Of a stretch of 12,295 nt of DNA, positions 1-7,689 are shown piece after piece. The number at the start of each line of letters is the position of its first letter. Position 1 is the stretch's first letter. The stretch is taken from IMG/VR virus record IMGVR_UViG_2529292735_000007; one strand, given 5' to 3'. Origin of the DNA: a virus (taxonomy: Duplodnaviria; Heunggongvirae; Uroviricota; Caudoviricetes). Both the position numbers and the translations under genes were made by a program. Under the pieces are notes generated by a model. It did not search any database. It had not been told where the DNA came from and worked only from the letters and a program-made list of their open reading frames with translations.

Positions 1-31
1 TATCGCACACGCAAATAACGGAGATACAAAA

Positions 32-442
32 ATGCACGCAAAAGAAGAAGGTATCATCAGAGCACTGAAAGAAATTTCAAAGACAGAAAACGAAGTAGCG
101 AAAAAAGCCGTGGCAAATGCACATATGGACGTCGCAACCCACACACTGATAGTCGCAAGAGTCACGGCAGAAGCAGCCGAAATTATCGCAAAACAGGATG
201 CTGAACTGGCGGTTCTCAGAACACAACCAGTCACCGGACTGGATTTGTCTAACACCGGACGCCTTATTTACACAATTGGCTCGGAGCTACAGCGATACAC
301 CATTATCGCCGGATTACAGGATAAATACCTGATCACTCCTCACCCCATAAGGGAATCAGAAATTCTGACAAATCTCCGCCTGATAGAGCGCTCTCAAGTC
401 GCATTCATTGATGACGCACAGCGCACCGTATTTAACGCATAG
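32..442 (+). CDS. hypothetical protein, first gene of the plus-strand small-gene operon
   Basis: 136-aa ORF from the six-frame track; ATG at 32 preceded by a GGAG-containing stretch; no recognisable catalytic or DNA-binding motif by eye. Confidence 0.45.
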   Translation: MHAKEEGIIRALKEISKTENEVAKKAVANAHMDVATHTLIVARVTAEAAEIIAKQDAELAVLRTQPVTGLDLSNTGRLIYTIGSELQRYTIIAGLQDKYLITPHPIRESEILTNLRLIERSQVAFIDDAQRTVFNA

Positions 443-465
443 GGTTACTGGACAAAGGGGGCGCA

Positions 466-669
466 GTGGCAATTAAGCGTTTTTCCGTCATTCGTTTCAC
501 CTCCAGAGGGCGTGAATACGAAGTTGACGAACGGCTGATTAAAACGATCGACCGTCACCGTTCGCAACCTGACGCGCATCACATTTATCTCACTGACGAC
601 ACTTACTTCTGCGCCACCAACGTGGTGCAGGTGAATCTTATCAGACTGGTACAGGAGTCACGCAGATGA
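466..669 (+). CDS. small hypothetical protein (67 aa)
   Basis: GTG start at 466 with AAGGGGG Shine-Dalgarno about 6 nt upstream; stop TGA overlaps the ATG of the next ORF (ATGA at 666-669), suggesting translational coupling. Confidence 0.4.
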   Translation: MAIKRFSVIRFTSRGREYEVDERLIKTIDRHRSQPDAHHIYLTDDTYFCATNVVQVNLIRLVQESRR

Positions 670-911
670 CCATTCTGGACTACATCGCCGCCAATCCGGG
701 TTGTAGCGGTGGAGAAATCGCCGCAGCACTGAATACCCCAACCACAGCCATTAATGCGGAGTTACGCCGACTCTGGCGCAGCGGTTCAGTCATAAGAAAA
801 GAGCGCAAAACAGGTGGTCGCTTTTCTTACCAGATAAACCCGATGCCGTTCGGGTGCGGCAATCCACTTACCAACATGTTTAACCAGCTACTGAAGGAAG
901 CCAGAGCATGA
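666..911 (+). CDS. putative winged-helix DNA-binding protein (81 aa)
   Basis: Translation LDYIAANPGCSGGEIAAALNTPTTAINAELRRLWRSGSVIRKERKTGGRFSYQI has the helix / helix-turn-helix / beta-wing layout typical of small winged-helix regulators; start and stop both overlap neighbours by ATGA. Confidence 0.5.
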   Translation: MTILDYIAANPGCSGGEIAAALNTPTTAINAELRRLWRSGSVIRKERKTGGRFSYQINPMPFGCGNPLTNMFNQLLKEARA

Positions 912-1207
912 GCACCATCAACCACCAGGAACTACGCGAACTGGCGACTGACCTGCAACGAATGGCAACGCATCAAAAATTACTGGCGTTTCGCGCAATG
1001 CTCTCGCCATCTGCCGTGCTGGCACTGCTGGATGAGCTGGAGCACGCCAGAACCATGGCTCCTGCCATTCGTCTGACGCTCCATCATGAAATCAAGGATT
1101 TCTGCGCGACGCTGGAGTCACCAGGTGAATCAGAAACGCCGGAAGCAATGCAGCAGGAGCTGCTGCAACGCATCGACAACGTTTTCGATTTTTTCCTTAA
1201 CCAGTAA
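908..1207 (+). CDS. hypothetical protein (99 aa)
   Basis: ORF translationally coupled to the upstream gene (ATGA at 908-911); helical, acidic C-terminus; no motif recognised. Confidence 0.45.
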   Translation: MSTINHQELRELATDLQRMATHQKLLAFRAMLSPSAVLALLDELEHARTMAPAIRLTLHHEIKDFCATLESPGESETPEAMQQELLQRIDNVFDFFLNQ

Positions 1208-1221
1208 GGGAGTAAATCACA

Positions 1222-1773
1222 ATGAAACTCAAACCAATGGGTACACCTGGTGTGGCTCCGGCACATGTAAAACCATGGACACAGCAGGAGGATGAACTTT
1301 TAGCCACGTTATACCACTCCCACACAGCGCCGGAGCTGACAAAGCACCTTCAGAGAACCGAGTCAGCAATACGAAGTCGCATCCGTCTTTTGCTCTCTCA
1401 GGGGGTTATTCACGCCAAACGCCCCCACCTGAGCACAAAAGAACTCAGCATGCTCATCAGGAATCGCCACACAAAAACTATCCGGGAACTCGCGAATGAG
1501 CTGGGGCGCTCGCCATCCACGGTGGAACTGAACCTGAGAAAAAGAGGGTATCGGTTCAGGAAATACGGGGAACTCCACCACAGAACCAGATACAGCGATC
1601 ACCTGGTGGAGTTGGTAACTGAACTGCGTGATGAGAAGGGGATGACATTCAGCGAAATCAGGAAGCACATCCGGGACACAGCCGGGATATCCCTTAAAAG
1701 ATGGGTTCCCGCCCGGCTTTACGCACGATATACCGCCGCTGACACCGTGCTTTGCGAACTGCTACCGGACTGA
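1222..1773 (+). CDS. hypothetical DNA-binding protein with three tandem HTH-like repeats (183 aa)
   Basis: ATG at 1222 preceded by AAGGGAG; three roughly 45-aa segments each carrying a T-x-x-E-[LI]-x-x-x-[LIH]-x-R-[ST]-x-x-[ST]-[IV] pattern (TAPELTKHLQRTESAIRSRI, TIRELANELGRSPSTVELNL, TFSEIRKHIRDTAGISLKRW). Confidence 0.5.
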   Translation: MKLKPMGTPGVAPAHVKPWTQQEDELLATLYHSHTAPELTKHLQRTESAIRSRIRLLLSQGVIHAKRPHLSTKELSMLIRNRHTKTIRELANELGRSPSTVELNLRKRGYRFRKYGELHHRTRYSDHLVELVTELRDEKGMTFSEIRKHIRDTAGISLKRWVPARLYARYTAADTVLCELLPD

Positions 1774-2093
1774 GTAACCACTATGCACACACAAAAAAAC
1801 CGCTTGCCATGCCGCAATCAGTCAGGTTACATTTCCGCTGCGCCTCATAAAACGGGTGCCGGGATTGGAACCCCGCTGACAACCAAAGCGCACAACCGCG
1901 CCAGCGGTTTTTTTGTGCGTACCGTATCGCCACGTCTTTTTCGCACACGAATTATGGTGAGGCGTACGGGGCCGACTTCGGTCGGGCCGGGTTCTTTGGT
2001 TGCCGGTAGTTCCAACCCTGTACGTCTCACCACCCCGAGCTTGGAACCTCTGGATGGTGAGTTTTCAAAACTTACAACCAAAGAGGCCACACC
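1774..2093 (+). promoter_or_regulatory. structured non-coding region (candidate small RNA, attenuator or leader) between the small-gene operon and the replication module
   Basis: No ORF with protein-like composition or Shine-Dalgarno; contains a GC hairpin with UUCG loop (CCGAC-TTCG-GTCGG, about 1970..1988), complementary segments GTTCCAACC (about 2009..2017) / TTGGAACC (2041..2048) and CTCACCA (about 2029..2035) / TGGTGAG (about 2055..2061), and repeated CAACCAAAG. Confidence 0.3.
1893..1915 (+). terminator. putative rho-independent terminator
   Basis: ACCGC-gcca-GCGGT hairpin (1895..1908) immediately followed by a run of 7 T (1908..1914); lies about 120 nt downstream of the stop at 1773. 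Confidence 0.4.
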
Positions 2094-2324
2094 ATGGCAA
2101 ACCGCAAACAGCACCGCGCTATCGCGGAGCGTCGTCACATCCAGACTGAAATCGATCGCAGACTCACCCGCGCCGCACACATCGCCTTTATCATGCAATC
2201 CAACACATTGCACAGACTCAACAGCACTATTTCAGCCGACTACTGCGCCGCTGTATTCAGCTATCTGGCGGAAGACCTCCTGTCTCTTCAGGATCTCATC
2301 CAGCAGCAAAACAAACTCCATTAA
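2094..2324 (+). CDS. small hypothetical protein (76 aa)
   Basis: ATG at 2094 with AAGAGG Shine-Dalgarno 7 nt upstream; helical, protein-like composition (MANRKQHRAIAERRHIQTEIDRRLTRAAH...), unlike the overlapping low-complexity 205-aa ORF. Confidence 0.4.
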   Translation: MANRKQHRAIAERRHIQTEIDRRLTRAAHIAFIMQSNTLHRLNSTISADYCAAVFSYLAEDLLSLQDLIQQQNKLH

Positions 2325-2396
2325 TTCCTGTTCCGGGCCTTTCCTGCACCTTGCGGCGGGAGGCCTTCGCACATCTGTAACCAGAGGATTGCCGCA

Positions 2397-2762
2397 ATGA
2401 TTCTCGCCAACGACTTTCTTGAATACCTGCTCAACACAGAGCGTGATCTTGCCGTTCGCGTGCGTGACCGTTATGACATGTACCTGAAATCCCTGCCTGT
2501 ACCGCAGCTCGCTGACGGAAAGATTGTTATTGATGGCCGCTACATGATTGACAGCCACGAGGGAAATTACAGGCTTTACCGCATTGAAGGTGGCACCCCG
2601 TCCGTTATTGGCATTTACCAGCGCCCATCCTCTGCAATCGTCGATGTGATTGCCGACAGCATCCGCATCACACATCGCCATGCCGACACAGAAGACACCG
2701 TGCTGGAAATTCAGCGGCTGGCTGCCGTCTGCCGCGACACCCTGAATGGCATGACGAAGTAA
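2397..2762 (+). CDS. hypothetical protein (121 aa) immediately upstream of the replication initiator
   Basis: ATG at 2397 with AGAGGA upstream; ends 6 nt before the start of the rep gene, consistent with co-transcription; no motif recognised. Confidence 0.5.
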   Translation: MILANDFLEYLLNTERDLAVRVRDRYDMYLKSLPVPQLADGKIVIDGRYMIDSHEGNYRLYRIEGGTPSVIGIYQRPSSAIVDVIADSIRITHRHADTEDTVLEIQRLAAVCRDTLNGMTK

Positions 2763-2768
2763 ATCACT

Positions 2769-5591
2769 ATGACGGCAGAGTACATCAGGGACTGGCAACA
2801 ACCGCGCCACGCGGTGGGGCGTGAAGGAACGGGGATCCCCGCTCCTGAATCCGCGCTTTCCTCCTGGCTGGGTGCCTACCGGGTAGAGAACGAGCGCCGC
2901 CAGGAAATGGCTGATGCGGCGTTCTCCGCCACGCCGCTGGGCAACCTGATTAATAAAAGCCTGGACGCACAGAAAAAACAGGACAAAACCATCACACTGG
3001 CAGGAGACGCCAGAAAACAGGCACGCGGCGCGGTGGATGAAGCCATGGCCTCGCTGCGCCTGCTGCCGTCCTATCTGCGCGATCCGCTTATTCGCCACCT
3101 CTCCTTCCTGCGCAAAAAACAGGAAGCCGATCGCCGGAAAGGCAAAAAGAGCTGGCAGGCGGAACGCTATGCACGCGGAACCCTGCGCAAAATATTCGAA
3201 CGTCTGGACCGCACTGATCACCGCTGGCTGACACCGGATTATCGCTCCCTTGCTGGACGCGAACGCCTGGACGATTTGCTTTACCTGCCGCAGCTCAACA
3301 AACACCAGATACAGACGCTGGCCACCATGACGGCGGCGATGTTCAGCAGCACCTTCGAAAAACTCTGCGATGGCTTTGGCGCGACTGATGGCGAACTGAC
3401 CATGGATGTAACGCTGAAGGCGTATCAGATGCTGGCCCGCATGGCGTTACACCTGCACGCCATGCCTCCACATTATGACGCACTGACAACAGACAAAGAC
3501 CGGAGGAACGAACCGGACACAGAGCTGCTGCCGGGCGCAATCCTTCGCCTGACCTGTGCGGAATGGTGGAAACGCAAACTATGGCTGTTACGTTGCGAGT
3601 GGAGAGAAGAACAACTCCGCGCCGCCTGTCTGGTTTCCAGAAAAACATCGCCCTATCTGAGCCAGGACGCGTTAAGCGAGTTTCGCGCACAGCGCGAGAA
3701 AACACGCGATTTCCTGAAAAGTTTCATGCTGGAAAACGAAGACGGGTTCACGATTGATCTCGAGACAGTGTATTACGCGGGAGTAAGTAACCCGGTTCAC
3801 CGTAAGGCAGAAATGATGGCCACCATGAAGGGACTGGAACTTCTGGCCGAAGCCCGTGGCGACAGAGCGGTGTTTCTGACTGTCACCTGCCCGTCAAAAT
3901 ACCACGCAACAACGGAGAACGGTCATCCGAACCCCAAATGGAACGGGGCCACCATGCGCGACTCCAGCGATTACCTGGTTAACACGTTTTTTGCGGCGGT
4001 CCGCAAAAAACTGAACCGCGACGGCCTGCGCTGGTATGGCATCCGCACGGTGGAGCCTCACCATGACGGCACCGTGCACTGGCATATGATGGTCTTTGCT
4101 CATCCGGAAGAAATCGACACCATTGTGTCCCACGTCCGCGATATTGCCATTCAGGAAGACCGCCACGAGCTGGGCAATGATATTACTCCACGCTTTAAAG
4201 TGGAGTATGTCGACGGCTCAAAAGGCACACCAACCAGCTATATCGCGACCTACATCGGGAAAAACCTGGACAGCCGCGCCGTGGATGGCATCGACCCGAA
4301 AACGGGCAAACCACGCGTTGACCACGAAACCGGAAAATCAATGGCCGAGAGCGTGGAGCGCGCCATCGGTTGGGCACGCCTTCACCGGGTCCGCCAGTTC
4401 CAGTTCTTTGGCATCCCCTCCCGTCAGGTGTGGCGTGAACTCCGCCGCCTTGCCAGCCAGATGGCACGCAACCCGGAAGGCCCGCAACGGCTGAAGGATG
4501 ACGCAATGGATGCGGTACTCGCTGCCGCTGATGCCGGATGTTTTGCCACCTACATAGAGAAACAGGGCGGCGTACTTGTTCCACGCAAAGACTACCTGAT
4601 TCGCACCGCCTACGACCTCGCCGATGAGCTGAACGATTACGGCGAACAGAGTGTACAGATTTACGGGATCTGGTCACCACTCATCGGGGAATCCTCCCGT
4701 GTGTGCACGCACCCGGATAACTGGAAGCTGGTAAGACGTAAACCGGAACAGGAAGGCAGCGCCCACGAAAATGGTTTTGACCTTCAGGGCGGCCCTGCCG
4801 CCCCTTGGACTCGTGGCAATAACTGTCCCAGTGTACAGGAAACAGACAACAACGGGACAGAACAGCCGGAAGAACGGCCAGCACCGTGGCCGCAGCTTCC
4901 TGACGGCATTGAAGTGAATGAATGGATGCACTCACTGAAACGGCACGAACGCCGGGCGCTGATGCGTTCGCTGCGTGACAAACAGGCCAAAAACAGCAGC
5001 GATGAAATGCAGAACTGGACGCAGAGCCGCAAACAGCCGCGGCCTTTGCCTGATAACCACGAGTTACTCGCTAAAGAATGGCGGGAGTCTGCTGAATCTC
5101 TCGGCCTGCATATTGGTGAACAGCAGATGCAGCACCTGTTACGGGGCGGCAGTCTGTACGTTGACGGCAGCATCATTGCACCGCAGGGATTTGAAATTGT
5201 ACGCAAACCGGATACCCGCCCGGACAGCCGAATCACGCAGCTCTGGCAGCGCCTGAGCCGTAATCACGGCGTAAGCAGCACGGAGATCCGCCATAACCCG
5301 GTCGCCAGCTATCTGGAACAGCTGGGGGCATCAGACCCTGAAGCCGCCGCACGCCTGGCATCCACACTTCAGCAGGACCAGAACACCATGAAAACACCCG
5401 TTACCGTGCTTTCTGACATGCTGCGCGCCATCCGCGACGCAGAGCACGCACAGAGAATCAGTGAAACCACTGAACGCGCCCGCCGCAAAGCAGACCTGCT
5501 GCGGGGTGGCCTGACCAGTGGAAACAAAAAACAGACAGAAACGGGATTCACAAATCCCGTAAATGAGCAAAAAACGCGCCGCGATATATGA
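2769..5591 (+). CDS. A: rolling-circle replication initiator (HUH-type endonuclease, P2 gpA / phiX174 gpA superfamily I), 940 aa
   Basis: Translation contains EPHHDGTVHWHMMVFAHPEE (HWH at nt 4077..4085) and the paired active-site tyrosines in SYIATYIGKN (Tyr codons 4239..4241 and 4251..4253, Y-x3-Y spacing as in phiX174 gpA YVAKYV); position upstream of the Q-P-O head genes matches P2-like prophage order. Confidence 0.85.
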   Translation: MTAEYIRDWQQPRHAVGREGTGIPAPESALSSWLGAYRVENERRQEMADAAFSATPLGNLINKSLDAQKKQDKTITLAGDARKQARGAVDEAMASLRLLPSYLRDPLIRHLSFLRKKQEADRRKGKKSWQAERYARGTLRKIFERLDRTDHRWLTPDYRSLAGRERLDDLLYLPQLNKHQIQTLATMTAAMFSSTFEKLCDGFGATDGELTMDVTLKAYQMLARMALHLHAMPPHYDALTTDKDRRNEPDTELLPGAILRLTCAEWWKRKLWLLRCEWREEQLRAACLVSRKTSPYLSQDALSEFRAQREKTRDFLKSFMLENEDGFTIDLETVYYAGVSNPVHRKAEMMATMKGLELLAEARGDRAVFLTVTCPSKYHATTENGHPNPKWNGATMRDSSDYLVNTFFAAVRKKLNRDGLRWYGIRTVEPHHDGTVHWHMMVFAHPEEIDTIVSHVRDIAIQEDRHELGNDITPRFKVEYVDGSKGTPTSYIATYIGKNLDSRAVDGIDPKTGKPRVDHETGKSMAESVERAIGWARLHRVRQFQFFGIPSRQVWRELRRLASQMARNPEGPQRLKDDAMDAVLAAADAGCFATYIEKQGGVLVPRKDYLIRTAYDLADELNDYGEQSVQIYGIWSPLIGESSRVCTHPDNWKLVRRKPEQEGSAHENGFDLQGGPAAPWTRGNNCPSVQETDNNGTEQPEERPAPWPQLPDGIEVNEWMHSLKRHERRALMRSLRDKQAKNSSDEMQNWTQSRKQPRPLPDNHELLAKEWRESAESLGLHIGEQQMQHLLRGGSLYVDGSIIAPQGFEIVRKPDTRPDSRITQLWQRLSRNHGVSSTEIRHNPVASYLEQLGASDPEAAARLASTLQQDQNTMKTPVTVLSDMLRAIRDAEHAQRISETTERARRKADLLRGGLTSGNKKQTETGFTNPVNEQKTRRDI

Positions 5592-5636
5592 AGCGCGCAC
5601 AAAACAGGCAAAAACGGGATTTCAGAATCCCGTAAA
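5538..5636. promoter_or_regulatory. parC-like operator/centromere: two copies of a 20-bp palindrome upstream of parM
   Basis: AAACGGGATTcacaAATCCCGTAAA (palindrome 5541..5560) and AAACGGGATTtcagAATCCCGTAAA (palindrome 5614..5633), 73 bp apart centre to centre, flanked by CAAAAAAC-type A-tracts; the first copy lies inside the 3' end of the rep CDS. Confidence 0.45.
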
Positions 5637-5667
5637 CGATTAATTAATCAACATAAGGAAAAGCGAC

Positions 5668-6627
5668 ATGAAAATTTGTATCGACGACGGCTCCACCAAC
5701 ATCAAGCTGGCATGGACTGAGAACGGCGAACGCCGCAACGCCATCAGCCCGAACAGCTTCAAGTCGGAATGGTCTGCGCCGTTCGGTGGCACGCAGCCCG
5801 CGAACTACATGCTTGATGGCGTGCGCTATGGTTTTGATCCGGTCAGCGATCGCTTTGTCCAGACGACCGACACGCAATACCAGTACAGTGATGTGAATGT
5901 CATTGCCATTCATCACGCACTGGTCAAATCAGGCATCACGCCACAGGAGGTGGATGTGGTTGTCACCCTGCCACTGAGCGAGTATTTCGACACAAACGCA
6001 CAGCCGGACATGGCCAACATCAACCGCAAAAAAGCGAACGTTATGCGCCCGGTGGAGTACCAGAACGGCGAAGCATTCACTATCCGTAACGTGCGGGTTA
6101 TGCCTGAATCCATTCCGGCTGGCTTTAAAGCACTGGCTGACATGAGTCCGTTTGAATCCCTGCTGATTGTGGATTTAGGCGGAACCACGCTGGATGTGGC
6201 AAAGGTTCAGGGACAACTGGCAGGTATCAGCCAGGTGTTTTGCGATCCACACGTAGGCGTTTCCCTGATGGCCGATGCCGTACTGTCGGTGATGGCCACT
6301 AACGGTATGCGTACCAGTCACCACATCGCCAATACCATTATCGAACATCGCCATGATGAAGCCTGGTTGCGCCAACACATCCACAATGACGCGCATTACG
6401 CCAGCCTGATGGCGGTTATTCGTGAAAAGGAAGAAACACTGAAACAACGCGTGATCCGCGCGCTGGCGGGTTTTTCGGGTTACGGACGGGTGATGGTTGT
6501 CGGTGGTGGGGCGGAGATTGTGGCACCCGCTATCCGCGAAGCCTGCGGAGTTAATGCGACTTTCATCGCGGACGGGGTGCCACAGTTTGCTCTGGTTAAT
6601 GGGCTGTACGCAATGGACAAGGAGTAA
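5668..6627 (+). CDS. parM: ParM/StbA-family actin-like segregation ATPase (type II partition), 319 aa
   Basis: AAGGAAAA Shine-Dalgarno then ATG; translation matches plasmid R1 ParM as recalled from memory along its length (ICIDDGSTNIKLAW, ISPNSFK, QYSDVNVIAIHHAL, VMPESIPAGF, LLIVDLGGTTLDV, GVSL, VVGGGAE, LVNGLYA). Confidence 0.9.
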   Translation: MKICIDDGSTNIKLAWTENGERRNAISPNSFKSEWSAPFGGTQPANYMLDGVRYGFDPVSDRFVQTTDTQYQYSDVNVIAIHHALVKSGITPQEVDVVVTLPLSEYFDTNAQPDMANINRKKANVMRPVEYQNGEAFTIRNVRVMPESIPAGFKALADMSPFESLLIVDLGGTTLDVAKVQGQLAGISQVFCDPHVGVSLMADAVLSVMATNGMRTSHHIANTIIEHRHDEAWLRQHIHNDAHYASLMAVIREKEETLKQRVIRALAGFSGYGRVMVVGGGAEIVAPAIREACGVNATFIADGVPQFALVNGLYAMDKE

Positions 6628-6631
6628 ACCA

Positions 6632-6946
6632 ATGACGACACCAACCAGACGGATAAGTTTCTATCTGAAGCCCGCCGCCGTCAATAGTGAACGGAAGGCG
6701 TGTAATTACCTCGACAGCCTGCCAGCCTCTGAACGCAGCCGCGCGCAACGCGCGGCCTTTCTGGCCGGGCTGGCACTCATAAAACGCGATCCTGCATTTG
6801 CCTATTGGTTGGCCGAATGGCCGGAAGAAGGAGCTGCGCCAGCAAAGAATAATATTCAGAGTAAATATGCCAGCACACCTGCCACCGGAAGCAATCACAG
6901 CACTAGCGAGATAAGAAAGAACATTCAGTCATTTTTCCCGGAGTGA
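6632..6946 (+). CDS. parR: ParR-like ribbon-helix-helix centromere-binding protein / partition adaptor, about 105 aa
   Basis: ATG at 6632, 4 nt after the parM stop; N-terminus RRISFYLKPAAVNSERKACNYLDSLPASERSRAQRAAFLAGLALIKRDP resembles R1 ParR (RTIAFKLNPDVNQ...LDSIPQGERSRLNRAALTAGLALYRQDP, from memory); the track ORF 6497..6946 is the same frame extended upstream. Confidence 0.75.
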   Translation: MTTPTRRISFYLKPAAVNSERKACNYLDSLPASERSRAQRAAFLAGLALIKRDPAFAYWLAEWPEEGAAPAKNNIQSKYASTPATGSNHSTSEIRKNIQSFFPE

Positions 6947-6965
6947 AAACAGGAGAGGTGCATCT

Positions 6966-7397
6966 ATGGCAACTATTCCCAAAAAATGGTTACAACGCAA
7001 AATCGCAGACCTTGAATCGTGTCGTGAAGACATCCCATTTGGCCTTGATGAAAACGATCACAATATGTTAATCGCACTGAAAATCGCACTCACATCGCTG
7101 GAAGCGAAACCTGTTGCATGGACTGATGATGAGGAACTGCGTGATGTCAAGCAGTATGGTTTCGGTGAGATATTTCAGTGTCCGCCAGATAAATACGCGG
7201 ACCCGCGCCGTGTTATCCCTATGTATCAAGAGCCGCCAGCGCCAGCAGTACCAGATGGGCTGGTTAGAGCGGTGCGTTTCTATGAACAGGTTAAGCGTGA
7301 AAATCCGCCAGCCGAAACCGGAGCATGGAAAGACGCTGTTGACTGGGTGCTCAAAGAGGCTTGCCAAGCTGTAAACATTGGCATCAAAGGAGAGTGA
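6966..7397 (+). CDS. hypothetical protein (143 aa), accessory-locus cargo gene 1
   Basis: ATG at 6966 with AGGAGAGG Shine-Dalgarno 7 nt upstream; contains the motif IALTSLEAKPVAW shared with the gene at 7690; proline-rich middle (YQEPPAPAVPDG). Confidence 0.6.
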   Translation: MATIPKKWLQRKIADLESCREDIPFGLDENDHNMLIALKIALTSLEAKPVAWTDDEELRDVKQYGFGEIFQCPPDKYADPRRVIPMYQEPPAPAVPDGLVRAVRFYEQVKRENPPAETGAWKDAVDWVLKEACQAVNIGIKGE

Positions 7398-7398
7398 T

Positions 7399-7686
7399 AT
7401 GGCAACTTTGCAGGAATTAATCGACCTGACGCCAGAACAGGAAAAAGCGTGGAATCGCCTTGTGAAGGCTGTAAAGGATTTCAGGGCAGCCGGAGGAAAG
7501 TTTTATAGCGTCCTGGACACGCTGAGCGCATACAACGGCGAGCACGTAGCCAGCATTGATAACGATAAGGGCTACCACACTGCAAGCGTTTATATGCCTA
7601 GCATTGATGCGCCAGGGCTAACCAGTTGGGCTGATGATTGGCACGGCATCACGCTGAAAGATGGCGTTGAAGTGGATGAGGACTAA
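7399..7686 (+). CDS. hypothetical protein (95 aa), accessory-locus cargo gene 2
   Basis: ATG at 7399 (1 nt after the previous stop) with AAAGGAGAG Shine-Dalgarno; acidic C-terminus; the track ORF 7378..7686 is the same frame with an alternative upstream start. Confidence 0.55.
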   Translation: MATLQELIDLTPEQEKAWNRLVKAVKDFRAAGGKFYSVLDTLSAYNGEHVASIDNDKGYHTASVYMPSIDAPGLTSWADDWHGITLKDGVEVDED

Positions 7687-7689
7687 CAC

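Noticed and set aside
1783-2400. 205-aa plus-strand ORF, with an overlapping 122-aa minus-strand ORF at 1845..2213
   Set aside because: Low-complexity S/T/P/R-rich translation, no Shine-Dalgarno, and it overlaps a hairpin-rich region and a better-supported small ORF (2094..2324); more likely non-coding.
2769-5591. Possibility that the large protein is a P4-type alpha primase-helicase (satellite phage)
   Set aside because: The sequence shows the HUH and paired-tyrosine motifs of rolling-circle initiators, and the neighbouring Q-P-O head genes indicate a P2-like helper-type phage rather than a P4-like satellite.
3343-5611. Several minus-strand ORFs of 80 to 161 aa inside the replication initiator gene (3343..3705, 3894..4166, 4195..4680, 4681..4935, 4784..5236, 5331..5611)
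   Set aside because: They are antisense to a long, motif-supported CDS and give Arg/Cys/Pro-rich translations typical of spurious frames in GC-rich coding DNA.
5913-6447. Minus-strand ORFs inside parM (5913..6188, 6175..6447)
   Set aside because: Antisense to a gene with a strong ParM match; no ribosome-binding sites.
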